Shown piece by piece: positions 1-13,540 of a stretch of DNA of 64,000 bases. Positions within the stretch are counted from its first letter, which is position 1. Each line of letters begins with the position of its first letter. The translations under genes were made by a program, and so were the position numbers. Source of the DNA: Octopus vulgaris (lineage: Eukaryota); NCBI GenBank assembly GCA_951406725.2, contig OX597819.1, forward strand, positions 56,792,001 through 56,856,000. The letters run 5' to 3'. The notes under the pieces are model-generated. The model was given only the letters and a program-made list of their open reading frames with translations. It was not told the origin of the DNA and made no database searches.

Positions 1-880
1 TATCATAAGCAGTTCTCCGAAAATGTCATCACGGTATAATCTACTGATGAGACATGACGTTGTAGCTAGGACACTATAATGAGATCCGTCGGAAGGATAA
101 TACCCAGGACGAAGAAATAAGAACACACAATAAGGTAAAAGCCATAGTCACTCTTGATGAAAAGGAATACTGGTGGAATGTATCAGTGAAGACCTCAATA
201 AAATGTAAGCCCGACAAACCTGAATCATTGATTGGGACAGAGAAGAGAAACTGTGCACAATTGTGGAAATTAGCTAGCCAGCGGATGTTAACACAAAACT
301 GAAGATCAGTGTAAAAGAGAACACCTATGCTGAACTATTGAGAAATCTGCAGTTACACTATCCAGATTACAAGTTCAGGTGGTTTATACCTGTAATTATT
401 GGAGCCCTAGGACTTGTAACACTGGCTAAATACTAATCTTGAGAAATTAGGCCTCTCAAAACCAGAAAGGACAAAGCTTATTCGAAGACTACAAATCCAA
501 TCTATCACTGGCACTGTAAAAATCTGTAAAATTTTCGAGGCGCTAATCATTTAAATACATAGGAGCATGTCTATATATGTAGCTATATGCATGAGAGTAA
601 ATACAAACATACATACATACATACATACATACATACATACATACATGCATCATGCATACAAATAAAAATACCCTGTTTTTGGTATCGAAATTCCAATGAA
701 GAAGCATTGGATCGAGGTTAGAAACCGGTTCTCTCTCTATTAGCAAAAAAAAATCTTTGAATAAGCTGAATAATGACAAACAAAAATACCTTGTTGTTGA
801 TGTTTAAATTGCAATGAAGGAGTCTTGAATCTAGGTTAGAAACCAGTTCTTTCTCTATTGGCAAGAAATAAAACTGAACA
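1..880 (+). mobile_element. 3' end of RLE-type (R4/Dong-like) non-LTR retrotransposon, decayed
   Basis: Translates with stops and frameshifts to MRHDVVAR...WWNVSVKT...KP...TIVEIS*PAD...KENTYAEL...PVIIGALG (RHD and PD-(D/E)xK restriction-like endonuclease). Followed by (TACA)n and a duplicated ~120-bp 3' tail (664-880). Confidence 0.8.
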
Positions 881-885
881 GTCAC

Positions 886-1675
886 ATGCGTTTTTTGTAT
901 CGTCTTCTAAATGTTTTGCGTTCTTGTCCCAGTTTGTATTTTTTTACATATACATATATATATAGCGGCGCCCGTACCCTTTTTAGTCTTGTATGTAAGT
1001 ACATATTTTCTTTAAACTTGGTACGACTCTATAACACTGTCTCTCTCTCTACCCTCCTCTCCTACATTTCTCTGCCTTTCACACTTTGCACTCCACTTTG
1101 ATCTGTCTCTTTCTCTCTCTCTCTTCTCCTCCTCCTTTGTTCCTTGTTCCCCTTTTCTCTCTCTTCATCTGTCCCTCTTTTCCCCTCTCTTCCCCTCACA
1201 CGTAACTAACTTTGGACTGCTGTCCTTTTCGTGGTCAGCAGCCGTCGAGGCTAGACACATTTTTTTTCTCTCTTTGCCCCAAGCCATTTTTCTAATGCGC
1301 CAGTTCAAAGTTCACCCGTCCTGTCGAAAAGACGCCTGTCTGTGACGTCCTGTTTTTGTTATTATTATTATCATTATTGTGCTTACGTATTTTCGTATTC
1401 TTATTCGTGTTATCATTATTGTGTTTACGTTTTTTTTGTATTCTTATTCGTTCCCGTCCTTGTTTTGTATACATTCGAGGCTTTCTTCCAAGGAATCTAA
1501 TGCGCTTGGCTTAGATTATCCTTTGGGGCTGGCCAGATCGGAGCAATCTCAAGATTAATCAGCCGAAATTGCGAGGATGATCCGGCTTTTGACTGAAGAT
1601 TGAAGGCTTCGAATGTCCCGTCCGCGTTTTTTGCATCGTCTTCTGAATGTTTTGCGTTCTTGTCACAGTTTGTAT

Positions 1676-1680
<5 letters not shown>
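886..1680. mobile_element. Non-coding interspersed element bounded by ~58-bp direct repeats
   Basis: 886-944 (atgcgttttttgtatcgtcttctaaatgttttgcgttcttgtcccagtttgtattttt) recurs at 1623-1680. Both copies run into microsatellite. Class uncertain. Confidence 0.55.
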
Positions 1681-1743
<63 letters not shown>

Positions 1744-1975
1744 TTATATATTTATATATCTGTGTGCGTGTTTTACATAAATGTTGGTATGTCGAATGCG
1801 CGATAATTAAAGCCATTTAAGTTTCGGCTTTGACGCGCATATGACATAATATGAAGAGCATAACGGTAATTTGAGAGAAGAACATGGGATCACTTGGGGA
1901 CCCCTTTATTTAACCTATGACATAAGTTTCAATATCCAACAGCACATGAAATGTTAATGCAATAAATGAAATTTC

Positions 1976-2115
1976 GTGGCTGTGGGTTAAGTCTTGCTCC
2001 CCGACACCATGGTTCCAGGTTCAGACACGTTCGGCAGGTTTCTTCTGCTATAGTCTCTGGCCAACCAAAACCTTGTCAGTACATTTGGTTGAAGGAAACA
2101 AAGAAACTCGTCGTA
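1976..2115 (+). mobile_element. tRNA-derived SINE family A, 5' fragment
   Basis: Diverged match to the head of family A (gtggctgtg...ggttcag...ccaaaaccttg...aagaaactcgtcgtata). Confidence 0.7.
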
Positions 2116-2123
2116 TATATATA

Positions 2124-2523
2124 CTCTTTACTCTTTTACTCTTTTACTTGTTTCAGTCATTTGACTGCGGCCATGCTGGAGTACCGCCTTTAGTCGAGCA
2201 AATCGACCCCAGCACTTATTCTTTGTAAGCCTAGTACTTATTCTATCGGTCTCTTTTGCCGAACCGCTAAGTTACGGGGACGTAAACACACCAGCATCGG
2301 TTGTCAAGCGATGTTGGGGGGACAGACACAGACATATATATATATATATTTACATATATACGACAGGCTTCTTTCAGTTTCCGTCTACCAAATCCACTCA
2401 CAAGGCTTTGGCCGGCCCGAGGCTATAGTAGAAAACACTTGCCCAAGGTGCCACGCAGTGGGACTGAACCCGGAACCATGTGGTTGGTAAGCAAGCTACT
2501 TACCACACATCCACACCTGCGCC
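2124..2523 (-). mobile_element. tRNA-derived SINE family A, full length
   Basis: Reverse complement of the copies at 10612 and 39545: pol III A/B-box head, internal (TA/TG)n and (AAAAGAGT)n tail. Confidence 0.9.
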
Positions 2524-2605
2524 TATATATATATATATATATTATACATATTAGATACACAGACACACTCAGAGATACAAACATAAGCCCACACAAACAC
2601 ACACA

Positions 2606-2649
<44 letters not shown>

Positions 2650-2734
2650 CACACACACACACACAAACACACGCACACACACACACAAACATACACACGC
2701 ATACACACACACACACAAACACATACACATGCCT

Positions 2735-2933
2735 TTGTGCCTGTTTTTGTCCTTTTCTCCACTACCGCTTGACATCCGTTGTTTGTTTCTTGATATCTCC
2801 GTAACTTAGCGGTTCTGGAAAAAAAGACCTAACAACTGCAAATACTGTGATCGATTCATTCAACTAAAAATTCTTCAAGGCCATGCCCCAGTATGGCCGC
2901 AGTGTAATGACTGAAACAAGGAAAAGATAAAGA
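2735..2933 (+). mobile_element. SINE family A, 3' half
   Basis: cgcttgaca...cgtaacttagcggttc...tggccgcagt...tgactgaaacaag. Confidence 0.75.
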
Positions 2934-2996
2934 TTATAAAGTTAATAGAACCAAGAGTATGAAGTAGAATTCTTTCTCGTGAGTTATAATCGTGCG

Positions 2997-3038
<42 letters not shown>

Positions 3039-3339
3039 CGCACAATCACACACACAAACACACACACACACACACACGCACAAACACACACACAAACACA
3101 CACACACACGCACGCACACACACACACACACGCACACACACATACACACACAAGCAAGATAACTAGTTGTAAAATCTCAAGAAGAGATCATAGTAATAAT
3201 TATACTAATAAGTAGTAAAGTTAATCGCTATATCAAAGTGGATGTTCCATATTACTGCTAGTTTAACCCTAGGCAGATCTTCCCCCAGCTGGATATCGGT
3301 GCGGCGCTTCACTCTGTATATACATATATATTGCGATAT

Positions 3340-3805
3340 ATTATGTTTTATTATTTTTCACTTCGTTTTATGGTTGGCATATTTATTTCGATGATGTTAA
3401 AAATGTTTTCGTGATACGGATCGCGTGTTTACTAGAAATGGTATTGTGTTCCTTTGATGGGTTCGTCTTTTTCGTGTTGCTCTAAATTGTTCTATAGATA
3501 TCTCTTTTGCTCTTTGTATGCTATTTTCTATAAGTAGGCGAGGGTATTTTGGCTTGAGCAGAAATCCTTTGAGTTCTATAAGTCGTATGTTTCTGGTATT
3601 TCAATCATCGATTAGAATACTATTTTTCCTGGCTAGACAGTACAGCATCTTGTGCTTTGTGTGTGTTGGGTAGCATGATTTGAAATTTAGTTACTGGTGT
3701 GTATCTGTGCTTTTGAAATAAATATCAGTTGTAATTGTGGTATTGTTTTTAATTAACATTATGTCAAGAAATGGTAATTGTATGTTCCTCATTTCTCTTG
3801 TGAAT
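3340..3805 (-). pseudogene. Penelope-like RT C-terminal fragment (inverted segment)
   Basis: Minus strand reads FTREMRNIQLPFLDIMLIKNNTTITTDIYFKSTDTHQ*LNFKSCYPTHTK...LARK, homologous to the 54143 ORF. Confidence 0.85.
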
Positions 3806-3825
3806 TTGGGACCAGAGTGTAGATT

Positions 3826-4725
3826 ATTTAACATCATCAAAACAAATTTGCCAATCATAAAACAAATTGAAAAATTAAAAAACGTAATAACTAATCAAAC
3901 ACTTATATTAAGCAAAAAGGCTTAAACTAAAAGAAACTGTTAACAAAGGCAAAATTCAACGTTAACAAACAAGCTAAAATATTCATTGTATCCAAGTGTA
4001 ATGATAACAGATGTGGAATGTCATTACATACATAGGGGTAGATCCATTAGAACAAAAACGGGACAGATTTTCGCAAATGTAGATATGAACTGCAAAAACA
4101 GAAATTTGATCTACTGCATTAAATACCTGAATTGCAAGGGATTATAAATAGGCGTGACAGGGAATGACTTATCGGAACGCTCACGAGTCCACAGACAACA
4201 AATCCGGAACACTGATGTTCCCCAAATGCCATTGAGCGAACATTTAGAGACATGTGGTCAGAAAACGTTTCTAATTTTTCCTTTCCACAAACTACATGAC
4301 ACAAATGAGATACAAGTAATCCGTTTATTAAAATGTTGAAACCTGTTCTCAACGTAAATAACAGCATCATTATAACGACCAGTTAATGATATAGATAAAA
4401 AAAAATATTTCTAGCATGTAAATATAAACAAGTTACAGAATATCGGTACGCCTGGTAAACCGTAATGCTTAAGATGCATGCGGATTAGTAAAAGAGGTAT
4501 TCTGAAAATTCAGCTTGTTGGAGCGTTCTAAGCGGTATTAAAGTTGTCAGTTAAACACATTTGAAAGTTGATGATTACGCTATGTATGAAAGCGCTAATT
4601 TAACTTTATGAGTATTAAAAATATTTTTGTGATGTTAAAATACAATAATAAAAAACATGTAAACCAGACCATGTTTTAACTTATTCAGCTGATACATTAT
4701 TCTATACACACTCAGACAAATTTGA

Positions 4726-4735
<10 letters not shown>
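3826..4735 (+). mobile_element. Penelope-like element: decayed GIY-YIG domain plus 3' pseudo-LTR
   Basis: KCNDNRCG...MNCKNRNLIYCIKYLNCKGL*IGVTG..LSERSRVHRQQI...EHLETC..FLIFPF. Ends in (TA)n. Confidence 0.85.
4564..4601 (+). ncRNA. Degenerate minimal hammerhead ribozyme in PLE pseudo-LTR
   Basis: aaag-TTGATGA-ttacgctatgtat-GAA-AGCGCT-A-attt. Palindromic stem III; C3 is replaced by U without compensation. Confidence 0.5.
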
Positions 4736-4790
<55 letters not shown>

Positions 4791-5416
4791 ACATGGTCCA
4801 GATATATATCTATATTCTCAAACAAATATTCTTCTAACATTTGTTCTGGACCGTGAGCATCACTTTGAAAGGCTAACTAGCTTCCTAATATTATGCCTGA
4901 TATAATGACTATTTGCGATATGCTATCAAAGACATTTCAGGCAATTGCAATGGAAATCGTTAGTGAAATGAAATATCCTTCAAATCTGTTCATGATATAA
5001 GTGAAATGATCTTAAATGTTAAAAAAAACTTGCTGTTGCATTTCATTATTTTCCATTTAAGAAACTATAGATATGCCCGTTAGTAAATTCTAGCATTGAA
5101 ATAAGGGAGTCTAAAACACAGTATTCATTTATTGTTCGAGATACAAATAGTCTATTCCGCTTCTTATTAGCGGGTTTAAAAGCAGTGTCCGTACGTACGT
5201 AGTGAGGATACACAGTTGCTGAAGACAAGTCCATTAAGACTCAAATTATTCTTGTAACTGATCCTTTTGAATCTATCCTCGCACATATTGGGCAGACAAA
5301 TCCTTACAGTCATCCGAACATGCATTTTTGGGTAAAATATTTATAAATATGTTCTCTTGTTTACTACACTATTTACATGCTTCTCTTGCAGAAGAAACTC
5401 ATACTAATCAATTATA

Positions 5417-5954
5417 TTGGTTTGTCCGGAAAGTTCGCGCCGATTTATAGTAGCTTACCTTTCGACTTATTTTAGAACATAAAATAGGATTTGACTACAC
5501 CTCTATTTAGAGCACAGTTTAAGCTATCTTTTCGTGGAAGGTTTATCTTCCTATAACCTGTGTTAATTCTGTAACCCTTTAAAATAGAAGATATGAAAGT
5601 TTATTTTCGGCACTTGATGCTTTGAGAACAAGACAAAAATTGTTGAGGCTCGGCTGGGATGTGTCACCCCACCAGATCTTGCTCCTTTGGATTTCCACTT
5701 ATTCAGGTCTCTGCAATATAGTCTTAATGGTAGAAATTTCAATTCCTTGGATGACATGAAAATATACCTTCATGAATACTTTGCCATGAAACCAACTCAA
5801 TTCTGGGAAGAGGCCATTTTTAATTTAAAAGAAACATGGAGACGCATTGTGCAACGAAATGGTTCTTATTTGGTTGATTAAAAATGTAATGGCAAGTATT
5901 TATTGACCTTTTTCTTTCCTTTAAAAATCGGCACGAGCTTTCCGGACAACCCAA
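5417..5954 (+). mobile_element. Internally deleted mariner transposon
   Basis: TIRs ttggtttgtccggaaagttcgcgccgattt / aaatcggcacgagctttccggacaacccaa, TA target duplications, transposase C-terminus PDLAPLDFHLFRSLQ...WRRIVQRNGSYLVD. Confidence 0.92.
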
Positions 5955-7219
5955 TATTTAATATCATTAGTAGCAGTTCTAGTGGAAGCTAAAACCATAT
6001 ATAAAACAACAGCAACTATAAAGTCTTTGCCCTCTATTTGCTTTGCAAGGCCCTTGATCTAAAATAATGTGTTCAATCTGATATTGTTGAATTTCCGGAA
6101 GGTCATGCTGCAAATAAAAGCACACAGACTGGTTATGTTTTACTTATATTTCCCTTAATCTAAGACTTGTGAGACGAGCATTAAACATGCAGTAAGTGCT
6201 GAGGTAGTGGAGGAGGACATGGTCATTTGTAAAGTCCCAAGCTGTGATGAAAAGAATTTGAGAGAATAATCGATCAATCAATTGATAAACTGAGTATTTA
6301 ATTGATAAGTGAAAAAACTGAAACGAAACAAAACCAGTACATGTACTGTTATGAGCAGCATGACTCCTCCCAAATTCAACAATAACTATAAAAATACTTT
6401 GATATCTTACATTAAAAATAAAATGTTCCACTTCTGAGTTGAAGACAACTCGTGGTAATCAGAATCCTTTGATATTCAGTTGGAGAATATAGAGAGATTA
6501 AATTCATGATTTCCTATATTTAGTTTGTTGTGTAAAACAAACGGATAACTATAATAGTTATCATTATAATACAAAACGAGACAATATGCTAAGATTAGCA
6601 ATAAAAGTTGTTCCTAAGAGAAACTATCAATAAGATTCTTGTAAAAACAAATGAAATTTCTGTTCGTTTCTTTTCTACTTCTGTGGCTATAATTATGATC
6701 CGGTAGCAAATGTATATTCTTGTACATAATAGTTTGTGATCTTTGTAGTGCTAAAAGTAATCGTTATAGCTTGATGCAAATATAGTGCAAGCAAACATGG
6801 TAAAATTTGTTCAGATATCTCAAGACGGTTTTAAAAGGAAATAATTTAAATATTTATCGTGTAGTTTCGTACAAAAAGAAACTAAGTAAATCTGGAAAGA
6901 AATAGTAATTTATAGCTAAGTTTACATTGTGTAGCACTTTAGCTTCAGGGTCATTGAATAAAATATTTTCTAGACATCTCTGTTTCAGGAATAGTGTATC
7001 TAGCATTGCATTACTCGATGACGTTTTTGTTGTTTTTAAGATGGCTGTGTGTAAGATCAGTAGGATCTTGCTAGGGTTGTAAAAGGTCGAGCAAACGAGT
7101 CGATGGGGGAATATAGGCATTATGATGCTCGGAAAATATTTACCTACACCAATAAATACGGAGACACACACACACACACTCACACTCACACAAACACACA
7201 CACGCGTGCTAACGATTCT

Positions 7220-7630
7220 GCGAGCTGGCAGAAACGTTAGCAATCCGGGCGAAGAACGTAGCCGTATTTCGTCTGCCGTTACGTTCTGTGTTCAAATTCC
7301 GCCGAGGTCAACTTTGCCTTTCATCCTTTCGGGGTCGATAAATATAGTACCAGTTACGCACAGGCGTCGATATAATCGACTTAATCAGTTTGTCTGTCCT
7401 TGTTTGTCCTTTCTGTGTTTAGCCCCTTGTGGGTAGTAAAGAAATAGGTATTTCGTCTGCCCTTACGTTCTGTGTTCAAATTCCGCCGAGTTCAACTTTG
7501 CCTTTCATCCTTTCGGGGTCGATAAATATAGTATCAGTTACGCACAGGCGTCGATGTAATCGACTTAATCCGTTTGTCTGTCCTTGTTTGTCCCATCTAT
7601 GTTTAGCCCCTTGATGGCAGCAAAGAAATA
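7220..7630 (+). mobile_element. SINE family B with tandem duplication of its 3' ~180 bp
   Basis: gcgagctggcagaaacgttagc head. 7265-7446 is repeated at 7449-7630. Confidence 0.88.
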
Positions 7631-8149
7631 ACACACACACACATGCTCACACACACGCAAGCATACACAAAACAAACACTAGGTACACAAACAACTGACG
7701 GAGAAGCTGATTGCCTGTTAAATTTTCATAGACTATACGCTATTAATGATTTGCGATAATCTCACTAAAGATTGCATGATTAATTCCTTGTGGGCATTTT
7801 AACAAAAGAAGAGTGTGGAAAGCGAAAAGCGAACACGAAATATAATGAAATGCAATGTCGATTGAATCCGCTAAAAACAGAGTGCATGCTTCCGGCATAC
7901 ATAACTTTACACATATAGCCATCAATCCATTCTTCCACTCAACCACTCAGCAACTGAGCTATCAAGCCATCCAGACATTCAGTCATGCAGTCATCCATAG
8001 ATTCATATATTTATACGCAACACATCTTCATAAATATGCTTTTAGATATATGTAAAAGAGGAAAGTAGAACGCAACATATTATATATACATATATACATG
8101 CACATATGTTCATGTACACACATGCACCCCCCCCCCCATATATATATAT

Positions 8150-8419
8150 GAAAGTTATGCGTATTACTTAGCACCGGAAGAAATCACTTATTACCTTCCC
8201 TTATCTGGAACTCTCCTCAACATAAACATAACGATAACTCTTCTCAACGGAAACATAACGATGTAAGAAATTTGAAAAGCTGAACGCGAAACCGGTCATT
8301 TCTTCTAAACTATGTCATTGTAAGAAAAAAATTTATAACATTCTTCAGACATATTGACTCAAATATATATTTTTTAACCTTTTAAAACAAGCCTTCTGTA
8401 GTCTTTTCACTTTTTACTA

Positions 8420-8471
<52 letters not shown>

Positions 8472-8740
8472 ATATATATAAGTATATATATATATATATA
8501 CTTTTATATATTTTTCTTTTATAACTCATGCGACTATCTCTCATTCGCAACTCCTAGAGAAAATCAAGAAGTCTACTAGTCGCAGTTTAATCTATGTACA
8601 GAGCCTGAAGAAATCGCGTATGGTAAACCCATCCCGTGGTCTAACGAACCCACAATTCTGTAACAATCTAACAATGCTATTGAATCCATCACTCTGTACT
8701 TGCTCGTTTCTAGTGAGGGACAAGAATAAAAGAAAATATG
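8150..8740 (+). mobile_element. Possible PLE pseudo-LTR-like repeat
   Basis: Starts at (TA)n, has internal (TC)n/(TA)n, and contains a lone CTGAAGA half-core near 8605. No coding evidence. Confidence 0.3.
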
Positions 8741-8961
8741 TTTTGAAGAATGTTTGCCTGTTTATATATATGTATGCGTGTGTTTATGTGTTTATCATTA
8801 TACACACCCACAGAGAGACAGACAGGCACACACACATACACACACATGCACACACTTTTTTCCACTTTTACTATACGTCAAACTAATACATTCCATGTAT
8901 ACGCCCTTTCAACTTTTGTGATTTTGCTATTTGTGATTTTTAAAATGTTTAATGTTCTGCA

Positions 8962-8995
<34 letters not shown>

Positions 8996-10502
8996 GTGTG
9001 GGCGGGGGGTGCGAGGAGTGGCACGAGTTGACATGCCGCCTGAATCGTTAGAGTGTTAGAAAAATGGTATGCAATAATTATTCTATCGCTTTGTATTCGC
9101 GTAAATTTCAAAGTTATCTTTGATAAGTTTCCGTTTCAATAACTTTTGTGCACGACAAAGGTTCAGATTAAAAGAAACTTTAGTCGTTATTTTTTTTATT
9201 CAAAATTATTGCTAAAAGATAGAATGACATTGTCGTGAGTAATTGAGGAAAGCCTTTTAAAAAACAGTTCCAAATTTTAAATGGTTTTGCAATTTCTCAT
9301 AAATTTTAACTTCGACACACAAGGATAACTCCCCATAGTTCTCCTTATTTTCATGTAACCAACTTTCATCATAACTACAAAGAACGAAAAAAAAAAGCAA
9401 ACCATTTTGCATTTCTAGAAAGTGAGTTATTTTACTTTATGTTTTTGAACTAACTCCCTTTTTCAAAACTCATTTCCATCTGCTAAAAGCCTGTAGCATC
9501 TGCTAGCAATCGCCAAATCTATTTAATCTGTATCCCAAAATTCTTTTAACTTAAAATATGGTTGCAAATGGATAAGTGACTTTTCATTGACATCCATTGC
9601 GGTACATGGGTTGTTTAGATCAACAAACGCTTTATTTCAAAAAGTCCATACTGAGGCTTTTTATCCCCAAATGGCAGTTGTGACTAAGAGATCAATTAAT
9701 GACAAGAAATAATTTAGCGTAATTGTGTATATGTTCCATAAACTACAGATTTAAATTTACTCGTGAAGGCTTTGCCTACTTTAGTCAAATAATGTAAGAA
9801 TTAGTTTTCCGCCGTTAGGTTCTTGTTATTACGAGAAAGTGAACTAAATTGTGTTTGCATAATTTGTTAAATAAGTAAAAGAAAGATAAATAGAAACAAA
9901 ATTACGTGAAGAATGGAAGTAACATTAGGCGCTCATTTACAAACTTTCCGCGCCACAAGTAAATAACTTGAAAGAGTAATAAAGTAACTTAAAATACTAC
10001 AACAATACGTACATGAATGAATTACTGATTGGCAGTAGAACGTCAAGGCATGATTGAAATGAATGGCTTATAACTTAGCTTCCTGCTGTCATCTAGGAAA
10101 GGAGGCAAGCTTCAATTATTCATGCGTTACTCTTTCGACTGATGGCTAGGTTAAAAGTAGTTTTCGATTGCGCATGCCTTAAATTTTCAGATGCCTGCTG
10201 AGTTGCAAGTCATCTCTGCTCGTAAATGCAAATTTAGGAGTTGCAATATATCGATTCTTCGGGGTAATATTTTCTGTAATTGGATATACGGTTTCCAGGG
10301 ATCATATCGACCCAAGAATTTATTTTTAAAACTCATCTTAAGAATCATTAAGATTTTGCTACAATTAAGCGCCAACTTCTTTAAGTGGTATAAGAGTTTA
10401 CAACCGCGTACATACACGACAGTTTATCACTGAACAACCGAAATCTGTATTGTGGTGAATGAAATGTTCCGACCATAAAACAATGCTTTCAACTATGTGT
10501 GA

Positions 10503-11042
<540 letters not shown>

Positions 11043-11399
11043 AATATATATACCTATATATATATGTGTGTCTGTGTGTGTGTGTGTGTATTTGTGCGTC
11101 TATGTTTGTTACCCCACCATCGCTTGACAACCGATGTTGCTGTTTTTACCTTCCCGTGACGAAGCGGTTCTGTAAAAGGAACCGATAGAATAAGTACTAG
11201 GATAAGAAAAAAATCCTGGTGTCGATTTGTTCGACTAAAAGGCGGTGCTCCAAGTAAGAGAATAAAAGAAAAAGATTAATGTATGCAAATATCTATCTAT
11301 GGATTTATTTAACTACACACATACTCACACAGGCACACACACATACACAGATACATTCATGCGTGCATATTTGTATAAGTAATATAATATACAATTTGG

Positions 11400-12040
11400 G
11401 TGTTAGTGTTTAGAAGAGGCATTACGCTGGCAAGCAAGTTGTAGGTGTTCCAAGCAACTGTACAGCCTATGGTACTATATGCCTGCGCGACTAGAGCAGT
11501 TTATGAAGGCCAAAGCAAAAAGCTAAACCAATTTCGCATGAACTGCTTGACAAAGCTATTGAAATGTCTCAGACACGGAGGTCCTCTCTCGAGATGATCT
11601 TCCAAGTTTTTATGTAGAACTGAAAAGAAAGTGAGGTACAGGGTGCAGGCTACTTTGTGCGAATAACTGACACGCGACTTCCCAAGATTCTGTTTGGCAG
11701 GGAATTGGCGGAAGGCAGGCGCATGCAAAGTGGACAAGAAACCGCTTCAAGGATGCAGTCAAAGCCTCACGGAAAACCTTTGACATTAACGCAGCCATTT
11801 AGGAAATACAAGCGCACCAACAGAGGTGCCACCTCCTACGAACAGAACACGTTTACCGGAGTACATAGAAAACGTGAACTGCGCAATTCCAGAACCAAGT
11901 CCCCCCAGCAGACCAGCAGTGGCCGATCTGCAGCAGAGCCATCCGAACACGCATCGATTGATTGGCCACAACAGGCAAACCGTGCCCCGTCTTCTATGTG
12001 ATGTGTTTGGTCATCATCGACAACGTTGGTCGAACTATTT
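11400..12040 (+). pseudogene. RTE-type LINE 3' fragment
   Basis: VFQATVQPMVLYAC...KLNQFRMNCL...DTRLPKILF.ELAEG.R..G..KRFKD and a decayed C-terminal C2H2-like motif. Confidence 0.75.
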
Positions 12041-12470
12041 ATAAACGAAAACGATACATGAATAAATGTTAACAGGGCCTGCCTTCAGTCTGTTAGCTAA
12101 AACTATAATATTAGGCACATTTATCCCATGCATTTTTCATCTATCAGATTATATTGAAACATAATTGCGTTGCCACATATACTTTTAGATTACGAACAAG
12201 TATATAAATGCATGTATGTATGCATGTATATATGTATGTATGTATTATGTATGCATGTATGTATGTATTTATGTATGTATGTATATATGTATATATTATG
12301 TATGCATGTATATATGTATATATTATGTATGTATGTGTGTGTGTAATTATGCATATATGTATGCATGTATGTATGTATGTATGTATGTATGTATGTATGT
12401 ATGTATGTATGTATGTTTACATATGTGTATTTACATTTTGTGTGTTTGTATGTATGTAGGTATATTTGTA

Positions 12471-13540
12471 GAAAGACTCGACTGAAAAGTCCATAGGCCT
12501 GCCATAAAGGAGTGACGCTAGAGCTGTGTGAAATTTTGCATGCTTTGGTTTCACATAATTTTATTAATAACTGCGTTGTTTCTTTCCAGCTTGGCTGACA
12601 TCTGACTGCTGGAAGAAGTCTTGAAAATTAACTTCTCTTGAAAATCGATAAGATTTGGCGTTGTTGTGTTAACAGGTACCTTCAGATATAGGGTTTGCAA
12701 CCCAGAGGCATTCATGTAGACATGTTACTACATTTGGGGATGGCGCTCCAGCTTCAGCAACAGAAGTGAGAAAGCGGGCAGCTGAATTTAGGACGGGAAG
12801 CGATATTCCTGAAGATGATCCAAAGAAAGGACATCCTGCAACTGCCACCACCGAGGAAAACACTGATAATGTTCACCACACACTGAGGAATGACAGGCGA
12901 TTGACTATAAATCAAATAACCACTGCTATTAGCTTATCTCGTGAGAAGGTTCTGTAGAATGAACTTGGCATGACGAAAGTTCCTGCTTGGTGGCTGCCAC
13001 GTATTCTGACATCTGATCAAAAAATGTAGTCGGTTGATCACATCACGTTTGATCACATCACGTTTGATCACATCACGGGACTATTTGAGATTGTTTGAGG
13101 CAAATCCAGCTGATTTCTTCGAACGTTTCTTGAGCAAGAGGCAAAGTGATAATCCATGCAGTGGAATCTCCCCTCATCTGCTTCAAAGAAGGCTAAGATC
13201 GTTTCCTCCGCAGGGAAGTTGATGGCCTCAGTTGTTTTGGATGCAAAAGGCATTGTGTGTATTGACTACCTCGAAAAGAGCCACCACGCCATCAATGGAG
13301 TGTACTATGCCAACTTGCTGAGACAGTTTTGAAAATCTATCATGAGCAAATGCTGAGGAAAGCTGACGTAAAGAATGTTGTTCCATTAGGATAATTCTCC
13401 AGTACTCAGGTACTCCCTATTCTTCTGATTGACCCATTCTCTTCCCCAACATGTAAAATGTACTTGCTTAAAATGTATCATATTTCATCACATTTCATGA
13501 GGGTATCTTGGTCAGCCTATGAACTTTTCAGCCGAACTCG
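12471..13540 (+). mobile_element. Decayed mariner transposon
   Basis: TIRs cgactgaaaagtccataggc / gcctatgaacttttcagccg. Transposase motifs: AAEFRTG..DDPKKGHP..DRRLT, WLPRIL, GKLMASVVLDAKG..IDYL. Confidence 0.88.

Noticed and set aside
3170-3320. Possible further decayed hammerhead or pseudo-LTR (gaagagatca...taatc)
   Set aside because: Too many core mismatches to support from this copy alone.
8595-8660. CTGAAGA half hammerhead
   Set aside because: No GAAA, stem III or stem I partner is present in this copy.
13045-13077. 15-bp tandem (gatcacatcacgttt)
   Set aside because: Local slippage inside a dead mariner element.
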